A stretch of 64,000 nucleotides of DNA from Dehalococcoidia bacterium (GTDB lineage: Bacteria; Chloroflexota; Dehalococcoidia; Lucifugimonadales; JAGWBF01). Under the pieces are notes generated by a model that was not told where the DNA came from, did not search any database, and saw nothing but the letters and a program-made list of their open reading frames with translations. The translations under genes and the position numbers were made by a program. Location: contig OZ244780.1 of assembly GCA_965219565.1 (NCBI GenBank), positions 1,787,672-1,851,671 of the forward strand. The letters run 5' to 3'. This document shows, piece after piece, positions 8,640 to 16,954 of the stretch (position 1 is the stretch's first letter; every line of letters starts with the position of its first letter).

Positions 8640-9386
8640 GTGACGTTGGAGGGTAAGACGGCTCTGGTTACAGGCTCCGGGCGAAATATAGGCCGGGCGA
8701 CGGCCTTGGAGTTGGCGAAAGAGGGCGCCAACGTGGTGATAAACGCCAGGTCCAACCGGGAAGAGGTCGAGGCTGTCGCCGAGGAGGCGAGGGAGCTGGG
8801 AATCCGCGCCATGCCTATTCTGGCCGACGTCTCCGACAAGGAACAAGTCAACTCCATGGTGTCAAGAACGTTGGAGGAATTCGGGCGGCTTGACGTGGTG
8901 GTTAGCAACGTGGCCATACGCCCCACTAAACCTTTCATGGATGTGTCCCTTGAGGAATGGCGTCTCGTGCAGGGAGTCATTCTGGACGCCGCTTTCTTTC
9001 TGTCGCAGGCTGTGCTGCCGTCCATGGTGCAGAACGGCTTCGGACGCCTGATCTACATAGCCGGAGAGGGAGCTTTCACCGGCCACGCGGGCCGTGCCCA
9101 CGTCTATGCGGCGAAGATGGGTCTGGTGGGACTGGCCAGAAGCCTGGCCAGCGAGGTAGCCCGGCATGGAATCACAGTGAACGTGGTCTCCCCTGGGAGG
9201 TACGACACAAGCCGTAACCTCGACTGGTACCCCGACAGGAATACTGCATCGGTGGAGGGCATTCCAGTCGGGCGTATGGGGGACCCGCGGGAGCTGGGAG
9301 CAACCTGCAGGTTCCTGGCGTCGGACAACGGGGCCTTCATTACTGGCCAGACCATCCACGTCAATGGCGGAGCGGTATACCACTGA
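8640..9386 (+). CDS. SDR family oxidoreductase
   Basis: AGGAGG at 8628-8633 lies 6 nt before in-frame GTG 8640 (the ORF track starts at 8565). Contains TGSGRNIGRA and YAAKMG (YxxxK). Confidence 0.85.
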   Translation: MTLEGKTALVTGSGRNIGRATALELAKEGANVVINARSNREEVEAVAEEARELGIRAMPILADVSDKEQVNSMVSRTLEEFGRLDVVVSNVAIRPTKPFMDVSLEEWRLVQGVILDAAFFLSQAVLPSMVQNGFGRLIYIAGEGAFTGHAGRAHVYAAKMGLVGLARSLASEVARHGITVNVVSPGRYDTSRNLDWYPDRNTASVEGIPVGRMGDPRELGATCRFLASDNGAFITGQTIHVNGGAVYH

Positions 9387-9406
9387 CGCCCGGCTCAATG
9401 CCCCCC

Positions 9407-10342
9407 TTATCGCGGCGGCGTTGAAAACCTGGGCATGACCTCCGAGGCGAACAGCTCAAGCCGGTCCGTCGGTATTGGGTCCGGGAACAGTAGGAAGAAG
9501 TAGGTGATGCCGGCGTCCACGTAAGCCTGTAACTTGTCGGCGCACTGGTCCGGTGTTCCCCAGACGGCATTGCCTAGAGATTCCCGGTAACCGGCGGCGG
9601 TCATGCCGGCCGCGTCGGCCAGTTTTTCCAGTTCCCTTTCTGTTTCCACTGCGACTACCCGGCAATTGTGGCTGATCTCTATATCGGCGGGATTCCTGCC
9701 CACGGCTCGGCAGTGCTCTTCCAAGACGCTCCGCTTGGATGAGTGCTCTCTCAGGTCCATGTCAAAGCCCCAGTTGGCGATGTCGGCGTGGCGCGCCGCC
9801 GCTCTGAGGAGACGTTTCTCTCCCCGGCCCCCGATGAGGATGGGCGGGCGGGGCTGCTGTACAGGTCTGGGCGTTACGCTGGCGCCGGTCAGGGTATAGA
9901 AGTCTCCGTGGAATGTGGTTTCGGGCTGCGTCCACAACGACTTGATGACCTCGACCGACTCTTCAAGCGCCTTGACCCTCTTCGAGGTCGAAGGGTATTC
10001 GTAGCCGAACGCCAGGTGGTCTCCCTCTCCGCCTCCGGCCCCGATGCCCAATTCCAGCCTGCCCCCGCTTATGACGTCCAGGGTCGCGGCCATTTTGGCC
10101 AACAGCCCAGGGCCGCGGTAATAATTCGCAAGCACTAAGGGAGTAAGACGGATGGACTCGGTCTCGGCTGCCAGGGCGGACAGGGTCGTCCAGCACTCCA
10201 GAGCGGGGACCCCCAGGAGGTCGTACAGGGTGGTTGAGTGGTAACCCAACCGGTCTGCGTCCGTCCAGATGCGCTTCAGGGACGGATAGTCGTACCCGGC
10301 CTGGTGCATACGCACCGAAAACTTGACGGGCCTGCTGTTCAT
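9407..10342 (-). CDS. LLM-class (F420-dependent-type) oxidoreductase
   Basis: Homology-like sequence begins at MNSRPVKFSV (ATG 10342). Contains GGRLELGIGAGG. The upstream 54 codons of the ORF look non-coding. Confidence 0.85.
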   Translation of the reverse strand: MNSRPVKFSVRMHQAGYDYPSLKRIWTDADRLGYHSTTLYDLLGVPALECWTTLSALAAETESIRLTPLVLANYYRGPGLLAKMAATLDVISGGRLELGIGAGGGEGDHLAFGYEYPSTSKRVKALEESVEVIKSLWTQPETTFHGDFYTLTGASVTPRPVQQPRPPILIGGRGEKRLLRAAARHADIANWGFDMDLREHSSKRSVLEEHCRAVGRNPADIEISHNCRVVAVETERELEKLADAAGMTAAGYRESLGNAVWGTPDQCADKLQAYVDAGITYFFLLFPDPIPTDRLELFASEVMPRFSTPPR

Positions 10343-10590
10343 TGTAATGAAAATATCCTCTAACTGGCCTCTTTCGTCTTTCCGGCGAAGGCCGGAAACC
10401 AGAAGACGCCATTTCTCTTTACAGTATTTTCTGGACTCCGGCCTACGCCGGAGTGACGACTGGGAATGTCTGCCATTTTCATCACCTTGATATTGCCTCC
10501 GCAACCCCTTAGTGACTCCAGACTCACCAAGTCACTCGATTATACCTAAATTGACTTAACGGGAAACGGGTTGACCGATGACGGCCCGCC

Positions 10591-10618
10591 TTGACACTCC
10601 CGACGCCGGGAGTACAAT
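10591..10618 (+). promoter_or_regulatory. Sigma70-like promoter candidate for the MBL-fold gene
   Basis: TTGACA-N16-TACAAT. The spacer contains the inverted repeat CTCCCG-acgc-CGGGAG. A GAAGGAG RBS lies at 10649-10655. Confidence 0.4.
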
Positions 10619-10663
10619 CAAGCCCATTCCAGTTCGGCCACCATCCCAGAAGGAGACCGTGCG

Positions 10664-11494
10664 ATGCAGGTCACTCCCCACGTGTATGCGGCCCATATCC
10701 CCGAGAACCCCAAAGACGGCGGCGCTTTTCACCCCGGAGGGACCCACATATATTTCGTAGGGGATGTCTCCGACCACATGGTCATGGTCGACTCAGGGGA
10801 GCCCTATAGAAGCTGGACGAGCCGTATACTGGACTACTACGAGGAGTTGGGACGACCGACGATGAGCGCCATTCTCGTCACTCACGGCCACGGAGATCAC
10901 GTGGGCGGTCTGGACAGGTTGCAGGAAGAATTCGGGTGTGAGGTCAGGTGCCACCCGAAGCTGGTGCGGCGGCTCCAGAGGATGCTGGGGGACGGGGTGG
11001 TATCGAAGCTGGGATCGCGGGAACGCGTCTCCGTGGGGGGCGGTCTGTCCATGACGGCCCTCTTCACCCCAGGCCACGAGGACGACCACGTTTGTTATTA
11101 CCTGTCGAGAGAGCGGGCGCTGTTCACGGGCGACACGATACTTGGAAGCTCCTCCTCCACGGTCAAAAACCTGTCCGAGTACATGCGTTCTTTGCACTTG
11201 CTCTCCAGGTTCACACCTAAGGTCATCTGTCCCGGCCATGGCTCGGTGGTGCACAACGGCAGCCGAAGGATAGACTCCTACATCAGGCACCGAGAGGAAA
11301 GAGAAGCGCAAGTGATCAATGCCCTGGAAGCAGGATCCGGCACGGTGGAGGAGATCGTGACCCAGGTCTATCCACGCAACCTGCGCAGAGAGTTGAAACA
11401 AGCCGCCGGTCGCAATGTCTCAACACATTTGGGAAAACTGGTGGACGAGGGCAGGGTCAAGTCCTCCTTGGACTACTCCTTGGTCGAACCGTAG
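10664..11494 (+). CDS. MBL-fold metallo-hydrolase (LACTB2-like, with C-terminal winged-helix-like tail)
   Basis: Carries the HGHGDHVGG metal-binding motif. 276 aa. Confidence 0.9.
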   Translation: MQVTPHVYAAHIPENPKDGGAFHPGGTHIYFVGDVSDHMVMVDSGEPYRSWTSRILDYYEELGRPTMSAILVTHGHGDHVGGLDRLQEEFGCEVRCHPKLVRRLQRMLGDGVVSKLGSRERVSVGGGLSMTALFTPGHEDDHVCYYLSRERALFTGDTILGSSSSTVKNLSEYMRSLHLLSRFTPKVICPGHGSVVHNGSRRIDSYIRHREEREAQVINALEAGSGTVEEIVTQVYPRNLRRELKQAAGRNVSTHLGKLVDEGRVKSSLDYSLVEP

Positions 11495-11524
11495 CCGATA
11501 TAGGAGCTGTGCATCGAGAATCTA

Positions 11525-11553
11525 TTGACAGCCAAAGTGCAGGCTAATACTAT
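11525..11553 (+). promoter_or_regulatory. Sigma70-like promoter candidate for the NHL-repeat gene
   Basis: TTGACA-N17-TACTAT, about 115 nt upstream of ATG 11671. Confidence 0.35.
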
Positions 11554-11670
11554 CCAATTGGCCCATAGGCGCAACTCCGAACCCTATGACCCGCAGGGTC
11601 TTTCCAACGCCTGAGGACCGCTTCGCTACAACGAGCATAACCTCTCAATCGCCCAAGGAGGTGTCCGCTT

Positions 11671-12567
11671 ATGACAACGGTAGGGCAAGGCCAGTTTACT
11701 TATGAGGTAATCGAAGGGTGGGGGAACCTGCCGGACGGAATGACGTTCGGCCCCGTAAGTTCGATTGCGGTGGACTCTCAAGACAGGGTCTACGCCTTCC
11801 AACGCAAGGACCCGGCTGTGGTCATATTGGACCAGGACGGGAACTACGTCGATTCCTGGGGAAGCGGTTTCAAGTTCCCCCACGGCATATTTATAGGGCC
11901 TGACGACCTGGTGTACCTCACCGACCGCGACGACCACGTAGCACAGATATACACCACCGACGGAAAGCTGCTCCGTGAACTGGGGAACAAGGGCCAGCCC
12001 TCGGACACCGGATGCGACGTGGACGGCGGGGTGGTCCTCAGGGCCGCCGGCCCCTTTAACAAACCCACGGAGCTGGTGCCGTCTCCCTGGGGAGACCTGT
12101 TCGCCTCCGACGGTTACAGGAACAGCCGGATACACCGGTTCAATTCGGAAGGAGACCTTTTGCTCTCCTGGGGAGAGCCAGGGAAGTTCGAGAACCTCGA
12201 GTTTCACTTGCCCCATAGCGTCTACGTGGACTGGCAGGGCGTTGTCTACGTATGCGACAGGGAAAACAACAGAGTCCTAAGCTTTACGCGGGACGGCATC
12301 TGGCTGAACACCTGGAACGACGTGTTCCGGCCGACGGACATATACATGGACAAGAAAGACATCGCGTACATCAGCGAACTCAGCCCCCGCATAAGCATAT
12401 TCGACAAAGAGGGCAACCTGCTTGCGAGGTTCGACACACCATCCGGCCACGGTCTGTACGGCGATTCCCAGGGAAATATCTATCTGGCCGAGGTTGGCGG
12501 GCAGCGCATTACGAAGTACGTGAACACACCCGAGGGCGGGCTGCAATACATCAAGGGGTTCCTGTAG
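11671..12567 (+). CDS. NHL-repeat six-bladed beta-propeller protein, peptidyl-alpha-hydroxyglycine lyase (PAL)-like
   Basis: AAGGAGG RBS. Repeats include DGYRNSRIHRFNSEGDLLLSWG and VYVCDRENNRVLSFTRDG. No signal peptide. Confidence 0.85.
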   Translation: MTTVGQGQFTYEVIEGWGNLPDGMTFGPVSSIAVDSQDRVYAFQRKDPAVVILDQDGNYVDSWGSGFKFPHGIFIGPDDLVYLTDRDDHVAQIYTTDGKLLRELGNKGQPSDTGCDVDGGVVLRAAGPFNKPTELVPSPWGDLFASDGYRNSRIHRFNSEGDLLLSWGEPGKFENLEFHLPHSVYVDWQGVVYVCDRENNRVLSFTRDGIWLNTWNDVFRPTDIYMDKKDIAYISELSPRISIFDKEGNLLARFDTPSGHGLYGDSQGNIYLAEVGGQRITKYVNTPEGGLQYIKGFL

Positions 12568-12583
12568 TCGAGAAAACCGAAAC

Positions 12584-12631
12584 TCAACGGTTGAATTCAA
12601 CATTGACACAATTGGAGAGATAAAGTAATCT
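12584..12631 (+). promoter_or_regulatory. Promoter candidate with adjacent palindromic operator-like site upstream of the rdhA-like gene
   Basis: TCAAC-g-GTTGA-at-TCAAC spans 12584-12601 and includes the perfect 12-nt palindrome GTTGAATTCAAC. It is followed directly by TTGACA (12603-12608)-N17-TAATCT (12626-12631). Confidence 0.4.
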
Positions 12632-12691
12632 GTTGAAGCAACTACGCATTCGCCGGAAAAGCCCCGATTAGCGAAGAGTAAGGAGGGGGGA

Positions 12692-13996
12692 ATGGCGCTC
12701 AAGGACCTTAGCCATAATGTGACCAGGCCGGGGATGAGGCCAGGCGATCCGGACATAGAGATTCCGGTAGCCGCCGACTTGGTAACGGTTCCCGGTGTTC
12801 CTCTGCGCGAGGAGGACCTGAACTACTACGGCAGGGAAGAGCCTCTGGACGCCCTGTCTATATTCGAGAGTTCCTCTTTCGAATGGCTGCGCCCGCTCCG
12901 CCGCGCCAAGTCCGAAGACTCTATACGGCAGACGGTCTATTTCGAGAAGATCATGACGCCGTTGGCCAAGTGGATTAAGGACAGCGGAGAATTGCCGCCC
13001 ACCGCCGAGCCTAGCGGGGAGGACGTGGGTGACCTGATTAAGGCCAAGGCCAGGGAACTGGGCAACGTAGAGGTGGGTTTCACCCCCGTTGACAGGCGGT
13101 ACATCTACCAAAGCAAGATGGCCGACTACGATGCAGAGTTGCCCCACGCCATCTGCATAGCCATGGACCAGGACTATGAGATGACCTGGAAGACCCCGGG
13201 GCTTGCGTCCGAGTGGACCCATGATGACGTATACGAACGTCAAGGGTCGTTGGCTCAAGAATTGGTCGCCTACCTGAACTCCCTGGGCTACAGGGGTCAG
13301 GTCTCGCAGCCGTCGGTGGCCTACGGGCCAGCCATGCCGCTGTTCGTTCAGGCCGGACTGGGACAGGTTGGAGCCAACGGCATTCTCATGTCTCCCCACA
13401 TGGGACCTTGGATCAGGCTCCAGACCATATTCACCGATGCCAAGCTCACCTATGATCACCCGGTGGACTACGGGATTCACGCCTTCTGCCAGATATGCCA
13501 GGTGTGCACCAACCGTTGCCCAGGCAGGGCCCTTTCCAGAGAGAAGGTCTGGTTCCGAGGCGCCCACAAGAACAAGGTGGCTTTCCGGCGCTGCCAGCCC
13601 ATGGTGGCCCGTTACTCCAGCTGCGGCGTATGCCAGCGCGTGTGCCCTATCGGGGCGTACGGCATGAAGCCCGTCATGGACCACTACATGGAGACCGGTG
13701 AGGTCCTGGGCAAGGGCACCCATGACCTGGAAGGTTACTACCTGCCCGGCAAGGGCTACTACGGCCCCGGCGAGCTTCCCACCTTCGACAAGGAGACCTT
13801 CAACATGCCCAAGGGCAGGACTGAAGACTGGCTCCTAATAGAGTTCCGCGACAGGCTCATCGAAACCAAGGAAGATGAATCCATTGACCGCGACGAAATG
13901 TGGGAAGAGTTCCGCGAAAAGGTGGAAGAGTCCTTCAACCGGAGCTTCGTGTCCGAGATGGCCATGGACACCGGCGGTGAATTGGGCGGCGTGTAA
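12692..13996 (+). CDS. Reductive dehalogenase / QueG superfamily Fe-S protein (RdhA-like), no Tat signal
   Basis: AAGGAGG RBS. Two cluster motifs: C266-x2-C-x2-C-x3-CP and C301-x9-C-x2-C-x3-CP. The upstream SPHMGPWIRLQTIFTDAKLTYDHPVDYGIHAFC is typical of RdhA/QueG. About 110 aa of acidic C-terminal tail. Confidence 0.75.
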   Translation: MALKDLSHNVTRPGMRPGDPDIEIPVAADLVTVPGVPLREEDLNYYGREEPLDALSIFESSSFEWLRPLRRAKSEDSIRQTVYFEKIMTPLAKWIKDSGELPPTAEPSGEDVGDLIKAKARELGNVEVGFTPVDRRYIYQSKMADYDAELPHAICIAMDQDYEMTWKTPGLASEWTHDDVYERQGSLAQELVAYLNSLGYRGQVSQPSVAYGPAMPLFVQAGLGQVGANGILMSPHMGPWIRLQTIFTDAKLTYDHPVDYGIHAFCQICQVCTNRCPGRALSREKVWFRGAHKNKVAFRRCQPMVARYSSCGVCQRVCPIGAYGMKPVMDHYMETGEVLGKGTHDLEGYYLPGKGYYGPGELPTFDKETFNMPKGRTEDWLLIEFRDRLIETKEDESIDRDEMWEEFREKVEESFNRSFVSEMAMDTGGELGGV

Positions 13997-14022
13997 AGCC
14001 CACGTTATTCGACCGCAAAAAG

Positions 14023-14050
14023 AGGGCCTCCCATAACGGGAGGCCCTTTA
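14023..14050. terminator. Bidirectional intrinsic terminator between convergent genes
   Basis: 10-bp GC-rich stem AGGGCCTCCC / GGGAGGCCCT with a 5-nt loop. Flanked by an A-tract upstream and a T-containing tract downstream. Confidence 0.7.
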
Positions 14051-14075
14051 CTTTGCCGAAGACAGGGTTGTCGAG

Positions 14076-15077
14076 CTAGCCCAGAGAGTCAAGCGCCGTC
14101 AGCAACTCCTCTATTGTGGCGTAACCTTCGAACCGGTGGGTCACCACACCTTGCGGATCTATGACAAACGTCCACTCCGGGCTGGGCAGGTTCCATTCCA
14201 CCGCGGTGGGAGACAGTCGCGCTCGGCTGAGGTCTCCCTGTATCTCGTCGGGATTGTCGTAGATGTCCACGTGTATGAAGTTGGCCTCGCCCTTGCGCAT
14301 ATCTTTCAATTCCTGCAGCGTCTCCACCTGAGGTCCGCACACGGCGTTGGTGCAGAACGCAGGGCTGGCCATTACGACGACGGTGGGAAGGTCGTTGTCC
14401 AGAGCCTCCGATATGGCCACTTGATATAAGTCAGGGTCTTTAAGAGAACCTGTGGTAAGCTGATGAAGGCCCGCCACGTCATTGACTGTTTTGCTCACGC
14501 TGGATGGGGAATTCTGGCCGACACCCACTGCCTCTGGCGCCTTATGCACGGGGAAGCGGAGTTCGGCCGTCAAGAAGCCTCCGTCGGGCGACGGTACAGA
14601 CATCTCCAGCCTCCATTCGCCAACCCGGTCAAACGTGAGGTGAGTCGCGTAGAGGCCGCGAGTCCCGTACGGCCAGGGATGGAATACCGCCGTGGCCGTC
14701 TCCACAAGCTCTCCCTCTCCCTCGGCTCCGGCCTCACCCACGTAGTAGCTGGACACCCTTGAGCCGGGCACCTTTATCGCGGCCTTAGCAGACGCAAGGA
14801 TGAAGCCCACCCGGTTGAGTCCTACGCCGAGGTCGGGGGTCGCGAAAATCGCCCATATGCCGTCCGGGGATACAGGACCCCTGGAGACGATGAACGCGTC
14901 CTCGTTCAGGAGTTTGGGAGTCTCCGGAACTTCTGTCGGAGGAGCCTCGGTGGGAGGCGGCTCAGTTGCGGTTGGGGGCGGTACGGTGGGAACCTCCTCC
15001 GACGAGCACGCCGCCGCCAGAACCGCTACAGCGGTCAGGAGCGCTGCGGGAAAAACTTTCAAGTCGATTCGGACCAT
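14076..15077 (-). CDS. Putative lipoprotein with Pro/Thr-rich linker, FixH/YtkA-like middle domain and C-terminal thioredoxin-like domain
   Basis: Signal plus Cys (AVLAAAC). Linker PTVPPPTATEPPPTEAPPTEVPETP. Trx-like region with FCTNAVCGP. Confidence 0.7.
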   Translation of the reverse strand: MVRIDLKVFPAALLTAVAVLAAACSSEEVPTVPPPTATEPPPTEAPPTEVPETPKLLNEDAFIVSRGPVSPDGIWAIFATPDLGVGLNRVGFILASAKAAIKVPGSRVSSYYVGEAGAEGEGELVETATAVFHPWPYGTRGLYATHLTFDRVGEWRLEMSVPSPDGGFLTAELRFPVHKAPEAVGVGQNSPSSVSKTVNDVAGLHQLTTGSLKDPDLYQVAISEALDNDLPTVVVMASPAFCTNAVCGPQVETLQELKDMRKGEANFIHVDIYDNPDEIQGDLSRARLSPTAVEWNLPSPEWTFVIDPQGVVTHRFEGYATIEELLTALDSLG

Positions 15078-15086
15078 GACGTGACC

Positions 15087-16325
15087 TTATATGCCCGCCT
15101 CGTAGACGCCGAAGGTGTAGGCGAATATAGATAGCCCCACGTTGTTGGAGCTGAGCGTGAGGTCGTGGGAGCCGTATTCGTCGGCTTCTACGACAGCGTA
15201 CATACGGGGCTCGTCGACGTTGATGTAGCTCTGCCCGTCTTCGTCGATTAGGACGTCGACCCCTTTGGTGGACCCGGTCAGGGGCGCCCCATCCAGCGTT
15301 ACCAGGACTTTAGCGGTTTCGCCTTCAGACCGGGGTTTGAAGACTACGTTGACGCTCTTGGAGTTGAAGCGGAGGAACACGGAATCCTCGTAGCCGGTTG
15401 TTTCACGGGAGTGGACTATCTCCTCTTTTCCGGCGTACCACTCTCCAATCAGGTACAGCATGTTCTCCCTGTAGGATCCGGGGTCGGCATAACTCATGAC
15501 CGTGTCGGCCGACTCATAGTACTCGGGATTGGCGATGTAACCGCCAAAACCGTAGATGGCGTCGTTGTAGCCGCGCTCCCATCCCGCGTAAAGCTCTCTG
15601 GTTACTCCTTGTCCGCGGTCCAGGAAGGCCTGGTCCCTCCTCTGGTCTTCGGGCAGGTCGATGGCGACCTGGGACAGGTCTGACCCGGACTCTTCCAGGA
15701 GGCGCCGGATGGTCTCCTCGGTTTCGGCGTAAGCTCCCTCTCCGAAATGGGTGTACCTGACTACGCCGTTCTGGTCTATGAGGTACTTGGCGGGCCAGTA
15801 ACGGTTGTCATATGCCCTCCAGGTGCCGTAGTCGTTGTCCAGAGCGACGGCCCATTCTATCTCGAAGTCCTCCACCGCTTTCTTCACGTTGGCGAAGTCC
15901 TTCTCAAACTCAAACTCGGGCGTGTGAATTCCAATCATCACCAAGCCATGGTCGGCGTACTTGGCGTGCCACTCCCGGAGATACGGCAAGGTGCGTACGC
16001 AGTTGACGCACGTGTAGGTCCAGAAGTCTATCAGGACCACCTTGCCTCGGAGGCCGCTGATTTCTAGAGGGTCCGAGTTTATCCAGGCATCTATCTGGGT
16101 GATTTCCGCGGCCTGGGGGCCCAGCTTGGACGAATCAAAAGTAGGCGTCGGTTCCGGTGTCGGAACTGACGTGGGCTCGGCTGTCGGCGGGTCTGTGGCC
16201 GATACGGTGGGCGATGGGGGCGCTTTGGTGGGCTCAGGCGTAGGCGTAGGTTCCCTGCCTCCGCAAGCGGTTGCTGCCAGGACGGTGATGATGATGAGCA
16301 TTGCCGAAAGAATGATTTTAGGCAT
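15087..16325 (-). CDS. Membrane-anchored TlpA/DipZ-like thiol-disulfide oxidoreductase with C-terminal DipZ-type beta-sandwich domain
   Basis: LIDFWTYTCVNCVRTLPYL (CxxC). An N-terminal hydrophobic anchor ends ...LAATAC, followed by a PT-rich linker. ATG 16325 was preferred over TTG 16346. There is a 9-nt gap to the downstream gene. Confidence 0.85.
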   Translation of the reverse strand: MPKIILSAMLIIITVLAATACGGREPTPTPEPTKAPPSPTVSATDPPTAEPTSVPTPEPTPTFDSSKLGPQAAEITQIDAWINSDPLEISGLRGKVVLIDFWTYTCVNCVRTLPYLREWHAKYADHGLVMIGIHTPEFEFEKDFANVKKAVEDFEIEWAVALDNDYGTWRAYDNRYWPAKYLIDQNGVVRYTHFGEGAYAETEETIRRLLEESGSDLSQVAIDLPEDQRRDQAFLDRGQGVTRELYAGWERGYNDAIYGFGGYIANPEYYESADTVMSYADPGSYRENMLYLIGEWYAGKEEIVHSRETTGYEDSVFLRFNSKSVNVVFKPRSEGETAKVLVTLDGAPLTGSTKGVDVLIDEDGQSYINVDEPRMYAVVEADEYGSHDLTLSSNNVGLSIFAYTFGVYEAGI

Positions 16326-16432
16326 AGTAAAATAATCATACGCCAATTGACGGTGACTGGATTACATTGGTGGTTGGTTCCCCGGAAAAAGCCATTGACT
16401 TGGTTGGATCCTGTGTCTATCGTGGTGACACT

Positions 16433-16954
16433 ATGACAAGAGTCTACTACGACGTGACGGAAACTCCTATAGGTTGGGCGGCGGCGCTGGCGTCTGATAA
16501 GGGAATTCGACGCCTCAGCTTTCGAAGGTCAGCGTGTGAAGCGGTCGAGGAGCTAGGGCTGGACATCCCTTCAGCCGATCCCTGCCCAGAGATGTTGACG
16601 GGGCTGTGGAACGCGTTGGAGAGTTACTTTGAAGGGCGCCCCGACGCCTTTTCTGACCTGAAGCTCGATTTGGCAGAAGCTCCGGCTTTCCATAAGGCTG
16701 CATGGGACGCGTGCCTCACCATCCCGCTGGGCGAGACCCGGAGCTACGGGTGGCTAGCGGCGGAGGCCGGCAAGCCCGGCGCTTCCCGGGCCGCCGGTCA
16801 GGCCATGGCCAGGAACAGGGTGGCTGTCGTCATACCCTGCCACAGGATAGTGGCCAGCAACGGGGCGCTGCATGGGTACGGAGGCGGGTTGGACCAAAAG
16901 GCCGCTCTCCTGGAAATGGAGCGGCAACACGCGCTCAAGGCCGTCGGCGTTTAG
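16433..16954 (+). CDS. ogt: Methylated-DNA--protein-cysteine methyltransferase
   Basis: Active site VVIPCHRIV. Start moved to ATG 16433 (MTRVYYDV). Confidence 0.9.
   Translation: MTRVYYDVTETPIGWAAALASDKGIRRLSFRRSACEAVEELGLDIPSADPCPEMLTGLWNALESYFEGRPDAFSDLKLDLAEAPAFHKAAWDACLTIPLGETRSYGWLAAEAGKPGASRAAGQAMARNRVAVVIPCHRIVASNGALHGYGGGLDQKAALLEMERQHALKAVGV

Noticed and set aside
9407-10504. Full 365-aa version of the third LLM ORF
   Set aside because: The first 54 codons (MRRQYQGDENGRHSQ...) are basic and low in complexity, and LLM-like sequence starts at ATG 10342. The N-terminal extension was therefore rejected.
12668-13723. 351-aa minus-strand ORF antisense to the rdhA-like gene
   Set aside because: It has no recognisable motifs and no RBS. 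The + strand frame carries the double Fe-S motifs and a strong RBS.
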